This document shows positions 1 to 9,633 of a stretch of DNA of 64,000 bases, one piece after another. A program made the position numbers and the translations under genes. The DNA lies in NCBI GenBank assembly GCA_965240325.2, contig OZ251231.1:620001-684000 (forward strand), given 5' to 3'. Every line of letters begins with the position of its first letter. Position 1 is the stretch's first letter. The notes under the pieces are model-generated. The model was given only the letters and a program-made list of their open reading frames with translations. It did no database searches and was not told where the DNA came from. This stretch comes from Rebecca billardiae RCC1528 (Eukaryota > Protista > Haptophyta).

Positions 1-355
1 TGAGTACGGCATCACAGTATATTATTCATTCTGATTTATGCGGGCCGGCTGCCGGTCGTCGCGGTCACGTCAAGCTGCCGACAGCCCGACACTGGCTGTC
101 CGGTCCGAGGCCTCCGACTCGGGGCCGGGCCCGCCGGGCCGCGGGCGAGTCAGGCCGTCAGCGGCGTCAGCCGCTGGCTCAGACAGTCAGACGGTCCGAG
201 CCGGCGCCGCGCCAGAATGAGATGAATTGAGATATCAGAATACGATTACGCTGAGAGAACGGGCGCCGTCACGCCCGCGGCGCCGCGCCGTCACTCCGGC
301 CTCCGGGAGTCCGGCGCCGCGTACTGACTGACGAAGCCTACGTCTGCTACGAGTA

Positions 356-402
356 ATCTCGCCTGCCTGAGCTGTGTGCGTCTCTTATTCTTAGTAAACT
401 GT
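356..402 (-). repeat. Dispersed relic of a Tc1/mariner-like terminal inverted repeat (CAGTTTACTAAGAATAAGAGACGCACACAGCTCAGGCAGGCGAGAT)
   Basis: The same about 46-mer recurs at 36758-36811, 36833-36884 (inverted), three times in 46215-46361 and degraded at 54891-54953. Most copies begin TA-CAGT. Confidence 0.65.
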
Positions 403-886
403 GAGTGACGACGACTGAAAAGTAGGGAACAGAAACTGTCGTTTGAAATAATGAGTTCAGATATATATTAAATGAAGTCAGTCACTCGGTCCTACTGTCA
501 CACTGCTGACACGGTCACGTACTGACGTAGGACCCTAAAAAGTCAGATGAGTGTTACTGCCGGCTAATAGGACTCCGATGCAGTGCCCTCCGCCGCTTCC
601 TGACATCCAGGCCCTCGCACTCGCAGGCGGACGGCTGAATGAATCTTAGAGTTCTAAGGCGCTTCCATCATGGCAATAAGCCTTCCATCGGGCTCGGCGA
701 CGGCTTCATGAATCATTGGCGGTGACAGTGTGAGTGTAACCTGTCAGTGAGACACTCAGACTCACTACTGACAGTCGGCGGGCGTCTATCTCGCCTGAGC
801 AATATTCCAATAAAGGGCTGACGAGCTGTCTCTCCCCTTATTTAAATGATTCCTTGACTTGACGAACCGTTTTCGCACGAGACGAC

Positions 887-3800
887 ATGCAAATCCGCTT
901 TTCCGTGATGAAACTGGCCGCGCAACGTACACGTGAAACGGCCGCGAGTTCAATGGCAGACTCGCAGACAGCTCGGCGCGCGTCGGCGCTTCGTCCGCTG
1001 AGCGGCAACGAGACGCGCGCGGGCGATGCTCCCAAGCGGACCAAGTCACTTGGAGGAGGCGCGACGCGCATCCCGCGCCCCCCGCCTGCCAGCGGCGTCG
1101 GATCCTCCAAGCGCGACGCCTCCGAGCCGCCGCCGTGTGCGCGCTGCGAGCAGACCGAGGCGGTACTGCACGAGGCGCGGCAGACGATCGGCGAGAACGA
1201 GGACGAGCTCAAGTTCCTGACCGAGAAGACCGAAGAGCTGTGCATCGCCCTGTCCAACGCGCAGGAGGAGGCGAGCCAGTACGCCGCCGAGTACGAGCGC
1301 GTGCAGACGGATGCGCAGGAGCTGCACGCCTCCTACACGGCCAAGTGCCACAAGCTCACGCAGCTCGCGGCGCAGGCGACGCAGCTGACGAACGCGCTGA
1401 GCGAGCGCGACGCGCGGATCACCGAGCTCGAGCGCGCCGCGGCGGCGTCCAAGCCCGCCTCGGCCGGAGCCGACGCGGCCGAGCAGCGCGCGGCACGGCT
1501 GCGCTCACAGCTCGAGGCTGCTGAGATGGCCTCAGCTCTGCTCCGGGACGAGCTGCGCGAGGCGGTGGCGGAGCGCGACGAGTTGAAGGCGCAGCTCGAC
1601 GGGCGTGCAGCGGGCTCCGCCGGAGCCCAGCCCGCCGCGTCCGCGCCCACGCCCGCGCGCGAGGGCGCGGAGGACGCCGCGGCCGCGCGCGCGGACGCGG
1701 CGGAGGCGCGCGCGGCGCTCCAAGCCGCCGATCGCGCCAAGTCGACGCTGCAGCTCGAGCTGGCGAGCGCGATGGCCGCGAACGAGAAGCTGCAAGCGGA
1801 TCTGCGTCTCCTGTACAAGGCGCGGCGCTCCTCCGCCGCGCCGGCGCCGCCCAAGGACGACGGCGCCGGCGCGGGCGCGCGCGGCCGCGCCACCGCGACC
1901 GGGACTCAGACCGATTCGTGCGACGATGCAGAGAGCACCGCACCGGGCGGCTTGGCGGCCGTAGCGGCGGCGGAGCGGGCGGCGGCGCTCGAGGAAGAGC
2001 TGGCCGAGGCGCGCGCCGCGTGCTCCGAGCTGCACTCCCAGCTCGCCGAGGCGCGCGCCCTCTCCGAGGCCGCGCGCGCCGACGTGCTCGCCGAGCGCTC
2101 CGCGCGCGCGCTCGCATCCGAGGAGGCCGCGTGCGCGCGCGCGCGCGCCGAGGAGGCGGAGGGCGAGCTCTTCGACGCGGCGGAGGCGCTCTCGGCGCGC
2201 GAGGCGGCGTGCGCGGCGCTCGAGCTCGAGCTAAGCGCCGCGCGCGAGCTCGCCGCGCGCGCGCAGCGGCACGCCGACGACGCGAGCGTGGCGGGTGCGG
2301 TCGAGTCTCTCGTTGCGCAGGTGGCGGCGGCGGAGGCCGCGGCAGAGGCCGCGGCGGAGGGCTCGGCGGAGGCGCAGCAGGCGGCTGCGGCGGAGGGCGC
2401 GGCGCGGGAGCGCGCCGAGGCCGCGGAGTCCGCGCTCGGCGCGGCGCGCTCGGCGCACGCCGCCGCCCTCGCCAAGCTCTCCGCCGAGCTCGAGCACTGG
2501 CGCGCCAAGGCGACCGATCTCGGCGACTATCTCGAGATCGAGGCCGAGGCGGCGGCCATGGGACGCGCCGAGACGCAGAGCGTGGCGGCCGCGGCCGAGA
2601 GTGCGAAGGAGACGGTGGCGGAGCTGCGCACGCTCGAGCTCGACGTGTCCGACCTCGCGATCCACGCGGCGGACATGCTGGAGCAGCTTGGCGCGGCCGA
2701 GCGCCACGCCGGCCACCAGTGCGCCGAGCTCACCGACGCTCTGGCCGACGCGGACGCGCGCGCGCGCATTGCGGAGAGGGAGCGTGCCGCGGCGGAGGCG
2801 GCGGCGGAGGCGGCGCGCGCGGAGGCGGCGCGTGCTGCGGCGGCTGAGGAGTGCGCGGCGCGCGCGGCTGAGGCGGCGAAGGCGGCGGCGGAGCAGCACC
2901 AGCGCGACGCCGACGCGGCCGTGGAGGCGGCGCGCACAGACGCCGCAGACGCGCGCGCCGCGGCCGACGCGGCCGCTAGCGAGCGCAACGCAGCAGCCAC
3001 GCGCGCGACGGCCGCCGCCACCGAGGCCACGGCCGCGATCGAGGCGCTCGCAAGCGCGCGCATGGAGGCCGCGGCGCGCCTCTCGGAGGAGCAAGCGGCC
3101 CGCGCCGTGTCCGAGGGCGTCCTCGCCACCGAGATCGCAATCTCCGAGCTGGTGCGCCCCGCTCGCCTGCCGCGCGCGCCCTGTCGCGCGAGCGCGCGCG
3201 CGCACACCAACCTGAAACCGTCCCACGCGCGCCGGCAGCCGAGAAGGCAGCCCAAGCGCACCTGCGAGCGCGCCGGCGCGCTCGCGAGACGCGAGCAGCC
3301 GGCCCGAGCGTCCGCACGCGCGCGGGCGCAGTACTGTGCGCCCGCTCAGCCTCACGTGCGCCGCCCCGCGCCGCCTGCAGGCTGTCGTCGAGGTCGAGGG
3401 CAGGCTCGACGGCGCGCGCGCGGACGTGTCGCAGCTGGAGTCGGAGCAGCGCTCCAAGGCGTCGGCGCACGCGCGCGCGATGCAGGAGGTGCGTGGCTGC
3501 GCGTGCGAGCGCGGGCGCGGCGCAGCGCGCGGCCTGGGCGTGAGCTGCGTCTGGCCGACCGGCTACGCGCGCGACCGACCGCTTACGGGCCCGCTCTACT
3601 ACTGACTGTCTACTCACATTCGCTACTCACGCCACGTGCTATTGCGCTCGCCCCGGCCTTATGCCTGCCCGTGTGTGTCGCGACCGCTGCAACGCGTCGC
3701 GCTGCGACTGCCGCCGCCGCCGCGCAGCTCCGCGAGGCGCACGCGTTCGAGAGCCAGCAGCTCGAGGCACGGCTGCGCACGCGCGCCGCATCTGCCATCG

Positions 3801-4153
3801 CCGGCGCGGGGAGCGGCGGCGGGCTGCCGTCTGCGGCGCCGCGCATGCTCACAGTGGGCACGCCCGCCGCGCTCGCCGCGGCGGGCCGTGGCCTCGGCGG
3901 CCCGCCGTCGCAGCTTGGACCGCGATCCTCGTTCGTCGGCGCCGTCGGGCCGCCCGCCAGCAGCCACCAGCCGGGGCACCACAACTACATGCTCGCGCCG
4001 GCCATGTCCTCCTCCCCGGCCGTCTCCTCGCCGCGCGCCGCGCACCAGCCGCCCGAGGAGCTCGTCGCGCTGCGCTCGGCGCTCGGCGACGCGAAGAAGC
4101 GGATCGCGACGCAGCGCGAGCGGATGCGTGAGCACGGCATCCTGTCGCCCTAG
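887..4153 (+). CDS. Long Ala/Glu-rich coiled-coil protein, 3 exons (approx. 887/908/953-3151, 3381-3488, 3728-4153)
   Basis: Heptad-like E/A/R/L-rich translation. The Arg/Pro-rich stretch in the raw ORF is removed by two phase-0 introns, GTGCGC...CTGCAG (3152-3380) and GTGCGT...GCGCAG (3489-3727), joining ...ISEL|AVVEVEGRLD...AMQE|LREAHAFE. Start codon uncertain. Confidence 0.7.
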   Translation: MQIRFSVMKLAAQRTRETAASSMADSQTARRASALRPLSGNETRAGDAPKRTKSLGGGATRIPRPPPASGVGSSKRDASEPPPCARCEQTEAVLHEARQTIGENEDELKFLTEKTEELCIALSNAQEEASQYAAEYERVQTDAQELHASYTAKCHKLTQLAAQATQLTNALSERDARITELERAAAASKPASAGADAAEQRAARLRSQLEAAEMASALLRDELREAVAERDELKAQLDGRAAGSAGAQPAASAPTPAREGAEDAAAARADAAEARAALQAADRAKSTLQLELASAMAANEKLQADLRLLYKARRSSAAPAPPKDDGAGAGARGRATATGTQTDSCDDAESTAPGGLAAVAAAERAAALEEELAEARAACSELHSQLAEARALSEAARADVLAERSARALASEEAACARARAEEAEGELFDAAEALSAREAACAALELELSAARELAARAQRHADDASVAGAVESLVAQVAAAEAAAEAAAEGSAEAQQAAAAEGAARERAEAAESALGAARSAHAAALAKLSAELEHWRAKATDLGDYLEIEAEAAAMGRAETQSVAAAAESAKETVAELRTLELDVSDLAIHAADMLEQLGAAERHAGHQCAELTDALADADARARIAERERAAAEAAAEAARAEAARAAAAEECAARAAEAAKAAAEQHQRDADAAVEAARTDAADARAAADAAASERNAAATRATAAATEATAAIEALASARMEAAARLSEEQAARAVSEGVLATEIAISELVRPARLPRAPCRASARAHTNLKPSHARRQPRRQPKRTCERAGALARREQPARASARARAQYCAPAQPHVRRPAPPAGCRRGRGQARRRARGRVAAGVGAALQGVGARARDAGGAWLRVRARARRSARPGRELRLADRLRARPTAYGPALLLTVYSHSLLTPRAIALAPALCLPVCVATAATRRAATAAAAAQLREAHAFESQQLEARLRTRAASAIAGAGSGGGLPSAAPRMLTVGTPAALAAAGRGLGGPPSQLGPRSSFVGAVGPPASSHQPGHHNYMLAPAMSSSPAVSSPRAAHQPPEELVALRSALGDAKKRIATQRERMREHGILSP

Positions 4154-4764
4154 GCTGCTCGCATTGCTCTGGCGTGATGACGAGGCATGCGACGCGCGTG
4201 ACTCAGGTGACTTGCTGCTCATCCTGGTCGTCGACTACAGCATGATGATTGATGCCACCTCGCCCTCCTGTCGACTACTGAGTGCGACGGTCAGTCCGTC
4301 TGCCGCGCATATTATTATATGACGATGATGCGCTGATGATTAGGCGACGAATGCCTCATCAGGCGGTCGATGATATATACCAACTGCTGTAGTGCTGTCG
4401 ACTGCTGAGCCCGCCCGCCCGGTGAGAGTCAGAGACAGAGTCGGAGTACGGTCGTAGACGACGTACTCACGACGTACTTCAACTTGTTTGTGTATAGTTA
4501 GACTGTCGGTCCGACCACGACGACGACCGTGCTGTGACGCCGCCTGCCACGCTGTCACCAGTCCCTGTCGCCACTTGCCAGGTGCCGCGGCCACGCCCCA
4601 GCATTAGCAAGAGGCCATTCAGAGGCGGATCCGCCGCACGCGCTCAATGCCGATGATGAGACATGAATGAGTCGTGCTCAACAACCGCAAACTCGCGCGC
4701 CAGTGCATCCTCAGTGCGTGTGGCCGCGCCCCGCTGCGCAGCGGGTTTGATTGGCTCCATGTGC

Positions 4765-5415
4765 TCATCCGCTTGTCTTGAGACGCCGCCACCGGCCGAT
4801 GAACTCCACGCCGCGCGCCTGCCTCGCCGGCGGCACGGGAACAACCGAGATCTTTGCAAATCCGACCGCGGTGAGAAGGCCCTCCACGAGGCGCGGGGAC
4901 AGCGCGTACGGTGGGCCGGTGCCGACGTCGCCGTCGGCGGGGTCGGGTGCGCCGGCCGGCCGATTCGGGAAGATGTTGGTGATGAGCTCGCCGTCCGCAG
5001 ACACGATGGTCGCCATCTTCTGCGCCCACTGGTCGCGCATCGCCGGAGGCAGCGCGCAGAGGAACGTCGAATCGAAGACGAGGGAGTATGGGCGGGCGGG
5101 CTCGAGCCGAAAATAGTCGGCCTCGCGCACCTGCGCATCAACACCCTGCGAGGCGATGTACTCGCGCGCTGCCTTGACAGCGGTGGGCGAGATCTCGACG
5201 CCCTCGGCGACATACCCAGCGCGCGCGAGCGAGACAACCGCGTAACCGCGACCGCAGCCAGGGACGAGCGCGGACGCGCCGCTGGTCGCCGGTGGGAGGG
5301 GGGGCTTGAGGTCCTTCGCCTCGAGGAGATCGACTAGTGCCGGCTCGGTTCGCGAGGCGTCGAACGCCTGGCCGGGCGCGAGCCCACGGCTCCACATGCC
5401 TTCCCAGTCCGTCAT
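4765..5415 (-). CDS. SAM-dependent thiol/halide methyltransferase (TPMT / HOL-type family), 216 aa
   Basis: MTDWEGMW...AFD; motif I ALVPGCGRGY; GVEISPTAV; ADYF; LVFDSTFLCALPPAMRDQWAQKM; GPPY near the C-terminus. ATG at 5415. Confidence 0.85.
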   Translation of the reverse strand: MTDWEGMWSRGLAPGQAFDASRTEPALVDLLEAKDLKPPLPPATSGASALVPGCGRGYAVVSLARAGYVAEGVEISPTAVKAAREYIASQGVDAQVREADYFRLEPARPYSLVFDSTFLCALPPAMRDQWAQKMATIVSADGELITNIFPNRPAGAPDPADGDVGTGPPYALSPRLVEGLLTAVGFAKISVVPVPPARQARGVEFIGRWRRLKTSG

Positions 5416-5528
5416 GCCGATCGATGGCGATGATGGCCGAGAGTGACGCCCGGTCGCTGCAGGGCGCTGGCGCGCTGCCAGTCCAGGGATGGGCACCGAG
5501 GTGACCGAGCCACGACACGGCAGGCACG

Positions 5529-7778
5529 ATGGCGGCCGCCATGCCCGACGCACGGCTTGCGCTCGCTGCCACGCTGGCGCTGGCGGCCGCTGGGATGGGA
5601 TGGCGAGCCGCGCGGCGTCGAGCGCGCCGCGCGGCGTGCGCACCATTCCTCTGCGTGCGCGGCCGCCCCGTCCGGTTGCTGCCCCGCGGCGGGGGCAGCG
5701 GCAAGTGCGCCGCCACATCCGAGGCGCTGCTCGGCGCGCTCGCGCGGCTACGCGCGGCCGGAGTGCTCGGCATGGACGCGGAGTGGCCGCCGGGCTCGCG
5801 CGGCGAGGTGACCGTGTTGCAGCTCGCATCGGACACCGAGATCCTTCTCGTGCACCTGCGCCACCGCGCGCGGCTGAGCGCTTGCGCGATGGGCGCGCTT
5901 GCAGAGCTGCTGTCAGACACTGCAGTCGTCAAGCTCGGTGTCGGCGTGCTGACGGACGCGGCGCGGCTCTCGGCGGTGGGCCTGCCGGCGCACGGCGCGC
6001 TCGACATCGTCGCCGACCTCGCGTGCGCGCTCCCGCTCCCGCCAGCCGACCTGCCGCGCGTGGGCGTCACGAGCTCCCTGGCCGGCCTCGCAGAGCGCTG
6101 GTGCTCAGTCACACTGGACAAGGGCCTGCAGTGCTCGGACTGGGGCGCGGTGCGGCTGAGCGCGGCGCAGGTGGCGTACGCGGCGACGGACGCGGCCGTC
6201 TCGCTCGAGGTCGCGCAGCGCATGCACGCGCACGCGCTGCGCGCCGCAGCCGCCGCGAGCGCGAGCGGCGCCAACGGAAAAACACACGCGGCTGCGACAA
6301 GCGCCGCCGCGGCCGACGACGATGGCGGCGGCGGTGGCGGCGAGTGTGGGGGCCGATCGCCCGAGCAGCCGTCCCTCGCGGCCGTGTGCCGGCGACTCGT
6401 GGGGCTGCTTGAGTCGGGCCCGACGCCCTCGCACCGCAGCGGGGCGGCGACCGTGCACGCGGCCGCGCCCAAACCCGGCGCAGCGGCGGAGGCCGCGGGC
6501 TCTGCCGACAAGCCCCGTGCCGCTGCAAGCGCGGGTGCGGACGCAGGCGGCGCGCGCCGCACTGCCGCCGCTGCGCACAAGCTCCCGGCGCGCAAGACCG
6601 CGCTGTACGAGAACTGCCTCATCCTCTCCAAGGCGGGCGAGCCGCTCGCCGTCTGCTCGAAGAAGAAGCTCCGCTGGTACCTGGAGAGGGGGCTGGCTGA
6701 GCCCGCGGACGTTCCGAGCCCGTCCGAATCAGGAGAGGCCGTTGCGGGCGCGGCGCGCGTCGGGAGCGAAGTTGCGTCGGCGTTGGCGCAGGCGCATGCG
6801 CAGCAGCGGCAGTCACAGCAGCGGCGGCAGCAGCAGCAGCCCACGCCGTCGCCCGCCGCCGCGCGGGCCTCGTCGCCCATGGCCATCCGCCTCCTCTTCG
6901 AGGAGGCGGGGCGGGGCCACGCGGACGATGAGTATTACATGGCACCGAAGCAGAACGTGTGCGCGGCGTGCGGCGCGGATGGGGAGCACGCGCGGCACGC
7001 GGTCGTGCCGCACGCGTACCGCACGCACTTCCCCGCGCAGATGAAGTCGCACCTCTCGCACGACGTGCTCCTGCTCTGCCGCCCGTGCCACGTGCGCGCG
7101 GAGGCGGCGAACGCCGAGCGCGCGCGCGCGCTCGCCGCGCGCCTCGCCGTGCCCCTTGAACATCAGAGCGAGGAGCCCAAGTTTATTCTCGACCCGGCGC
7201 TGGACGCGGTCCAGCGCGCGGCGCGCGCGCTGCTGCACGCCGAGGCGGGTGGCGCGGGCGACGGCGGGCGGCGGCGCGATCGGCGCGCGCAGCAGGCCGC
7301 GCGGCGGCGCGCGGCTGATGGCGGGGCGGCTGCCGCGCCGCCCGCCGCACCACCACCCGCGGGCGCGCCGGCGGCGGCGCGGCGAATGCCGGAGGAGCGC
7401 GCGCGCGCGCATCGCGCCGTTCTGGCAGCGCACTTTGGGCTGGCCGGCGGCGCGGACGCGGTGACGGCCGAGCACGTGCAGCGCGCGGCGAGCCTCGAGG
7501 CGCGGCGGGCCAACCCGGCGTGGGTGCCGCACGGGAGGCGCGTGGTGGGCGCGCTCGGCGGCGACGCGCAGATCGCCGGCTTCGTGCGCGGCTGGCGGCA
7601 GCACTTTCTGGACTCGCTGCGGCCGAGCCACCTGCCGGTCGGCTGGAGCGTCGACGCGCGCGTGGCCAACTCGACGGCGCCGTGCTTTGGGGTGGGCGAG
7701 CGCGCCGACGAGCGCGGCCGGGCGCGTGGCGGCGCCAAGCTGGCGTCGCGCCAGCAGGGCGATTGGAGTGACAATTGA
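5529..7778 (+). CDS. EXD2: EXD2-like 3'-5' exonuclease with N-terminal membrane anchor and C-terminal HNH-like domain
   Basis: Hydrophobic N-terminus; DEDDy motifs LGMDAEW, VLQLAS, KLGVGV..D, LQCSDW...QVAYAATDA; LYENC...KKKLRWYLERGLA; NVCAACG...HAVVPHAYRTHFP..MKSHLSHDVLLLCRPCH; WRQHFLDSLRPSHLPVGWSV. Confidence 0.88.
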   Translation: MAAAMPDARLALAATLALAAAGMGWRAARRRARRAACAPFLCVRGRPVRLLPRGGGSGKCAATSEALLGALARLRAAGVLGMDAEWPPGSRGEVTVLQLASDTEILLVHLRHRARLSACAMGALAELLSDTAVVKLGVGVLTDAARLSAVGLPAHGALDIVADLACALPLPPADLPRVGVTSSLAGLAERWCSVTLDKGLQCSDWGAVRLSAAQVAYAATDAAVSLEVAQRMHAHALRAAAAASASGANGKTHAAATSAAAADDDGGGGGGECGGRSPEQPSLAAVCRRLVGLLESGPTPSHRSGAATVHAAAPKPGAAAEAAGSADKPRAAASAGADAGGARRTAAAAHKLPARKTALYENCLILSKAGEPLAVCSKKKLRWYLERGLAEPADVPSPSESGEAVAGAARVGSEVASALAQAHAQQRQSQQRRQQQQPTPSPAAARASSPMAIRLLFEEAGRGHADDEYYMAPKQNVCAACGADGEHARHAVVPHAYRTHFPAQMKSHLSHDVLLLCRPCHVRAEAANAERARALAARLAVPLEHQSEEPKFILDPALDAVQRAARALLHAEAGGAGDGGRRRDRRAQQAARRRAADGGAAAAPPAAPPPAGAPAAARRMPEERARAHRAVLAAHFGLAGGADAVTAEHVQRAASLEARRANPAWVPHGRRVVGALGGDAQIAGFVRGWRQHFLDSLRPSHLPVGWSVDARVANSTAPCFGVGERADERGRARGGAKLASRQQGDWSDN

Positions 7779-7821
7779 TGATGACGACAACCCCGCTGAC
7801 AATGTGATGATCTTGCCGCCG

Positions 7822-7946
7822 CTCCACCCGTCCCAGAAAGCCCGTGAGCCCGTCTTCGGCTCAGCGGGCTCATGAGGTACCGACGGTACCTCATGAGCTC
7901 CCGACTATTAAAACTGACCGCCACGCACTAGTTGCGGGTATTTTCA
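7822..7946 (+). repeat. Partial copy of a hairpin-containing MITE-like repeat (homologous to 29686-29888)
   Basis: Shares CCACCCGTCCCAGAAAGCCC, GAGCCCGTCTTCGGCTCAGCGGGCTCA and TGCGGGTATTTT with the 29.7-kb copy; perfect 15-bp palindrome at 7868-7898. Confidence 0.65.
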
Positions 7947-9633
7947 GGCGCGCCCAAGCCAAGGCCTGTGATTGGCTGATCACGAGGTAGAGCGCAGAGG
8001 CGAAGCCCGCCACTGGGGACACGGCACCCAGGGTCGGAGAACTCAGAAAATCGGCGCGCTTTTTATTTCCGCCTTGCATTTATTCAGCCGCGCGCTGCGC
8101 GGCGGACGCGCGCGTCTCGGGCGAGCGGGCGACGGCGCCGCGCTCCCGTGCGTGTGGACGATCCCGCGAGCGCAGAGCCGGCGAGCTAGGCTGGGCAGTC
8201 GTGCTGAAGTGCCATTCGCCGCTTCGCGCCGCGCATCGCATTCGGCTGTACTTGCCTCGGGCCAGCACTTGTCTGTGCACACCGCCACACGGCCAGCCTC
8301 GCCCGCGTGCGCCATGCGAGGCGAGACACACACGGAGCATGCGCTTCCGCGCGGCGAGGCCTACGCTGTACGCACTGCGCTACCTTGCGCCGCCGCGCAT
8401 GAGCGCGGGTCCGAACAGCTGCGTTCAGGTGTGCTGATTGCATCATTCATACGAGCCGATTGGTCGAACAAGCGCTCTGGCCCGACGATGACGTTGCAGC
8501 GCACGCCATGCTGATATGCGGTGACGCGGAGCATGTGCGCTCGCGAGGAGTGGCCACACACGTGACCGCTGTCCAGCTCTGCCCCGGCATTGAACTCCCT
8601 GACTCGTGCTCCGACGTCAATCTTGGCCCGAGCTAGTACGTGCATGCATGCGTGCTGATGCAGAATATACCTGAACGAGGCCCATGATGGCCTGCGTGTA
8701 TGTGCCTCCTCGGATGACACGGCGCGTGTATGAATGTGTGTATACTACCTTGTCAAGCAGTAGCTCACGTCTGGACGTTCGTGTCGAACTTGACGGTGCG
8801 CATCGTGCACACACGGTCAGCCTTGATAGACGCACCCGTGCAGCCGGAAGGCAGCATCAGCCTGCCTAAGACGTGAGCATCCAGCCCCGACGCCGCTTCC
8901 GGTGCTTGAATGGCGCGCGCTCCTTTCACGCAGGAATGTGCTCACTACATCACTATCCAGAAGGGCGCATGTCCGTGCTTTGCATGCTCACACGACCCTC
9001 GCCGTAGGCCGATGCCAACCGCTGCGTGATGCTCGATCATGCCTTTTGACGGCTGTGTGACCCGTGCAGATGCGTATGCCAGGCAGCGTACTGTGACGAG
9101 CGATGCCGCGTGCATAAACTACCTGGACATTGCCCAGTGCAACCAAGTGCCGGACGCCGACGCCGCTGCTCGCGGCACGCGTGCAGTCAGCTGAGGAATG
9201 CACACAACTTCCTTGTTGGTGCGGCGCACGCGATGGCCTGAGGCGCGGCGGATGCAGTGATTCCGAACGGCGAGCGGTGGAACGACGCAAATGGCTGCTC
9301 TTCAGCCGCGCTCAACCACGCGCACCGTCTTCGCGGGCACGCAACTACCGCAGGAGGGCGCGCAGTCGGCGCCCATCTCGCCCCTCCAGCGCCGCCCAGC
9401 GCGCTGTCAGCGCAGCCGCCAGCGGCAGAGGTTGGTGTTGCTCTCACGGCAACACCAACATATTCGGAAAAGAAATTCGCCACCCGAAATTCCTGCGCCC
9501 AGTGGCTGGCGGTTGGTCGCACGTTTTCCTAGTCGTTTGTCGTTGACTCGTTCGACCTCCCGTCCCCCGGAGCCCCGACCGACGACGGGACTCGGACGAC
9601 CGACGACGCTGCGGAGCACGCCGCCCAGTGTTC

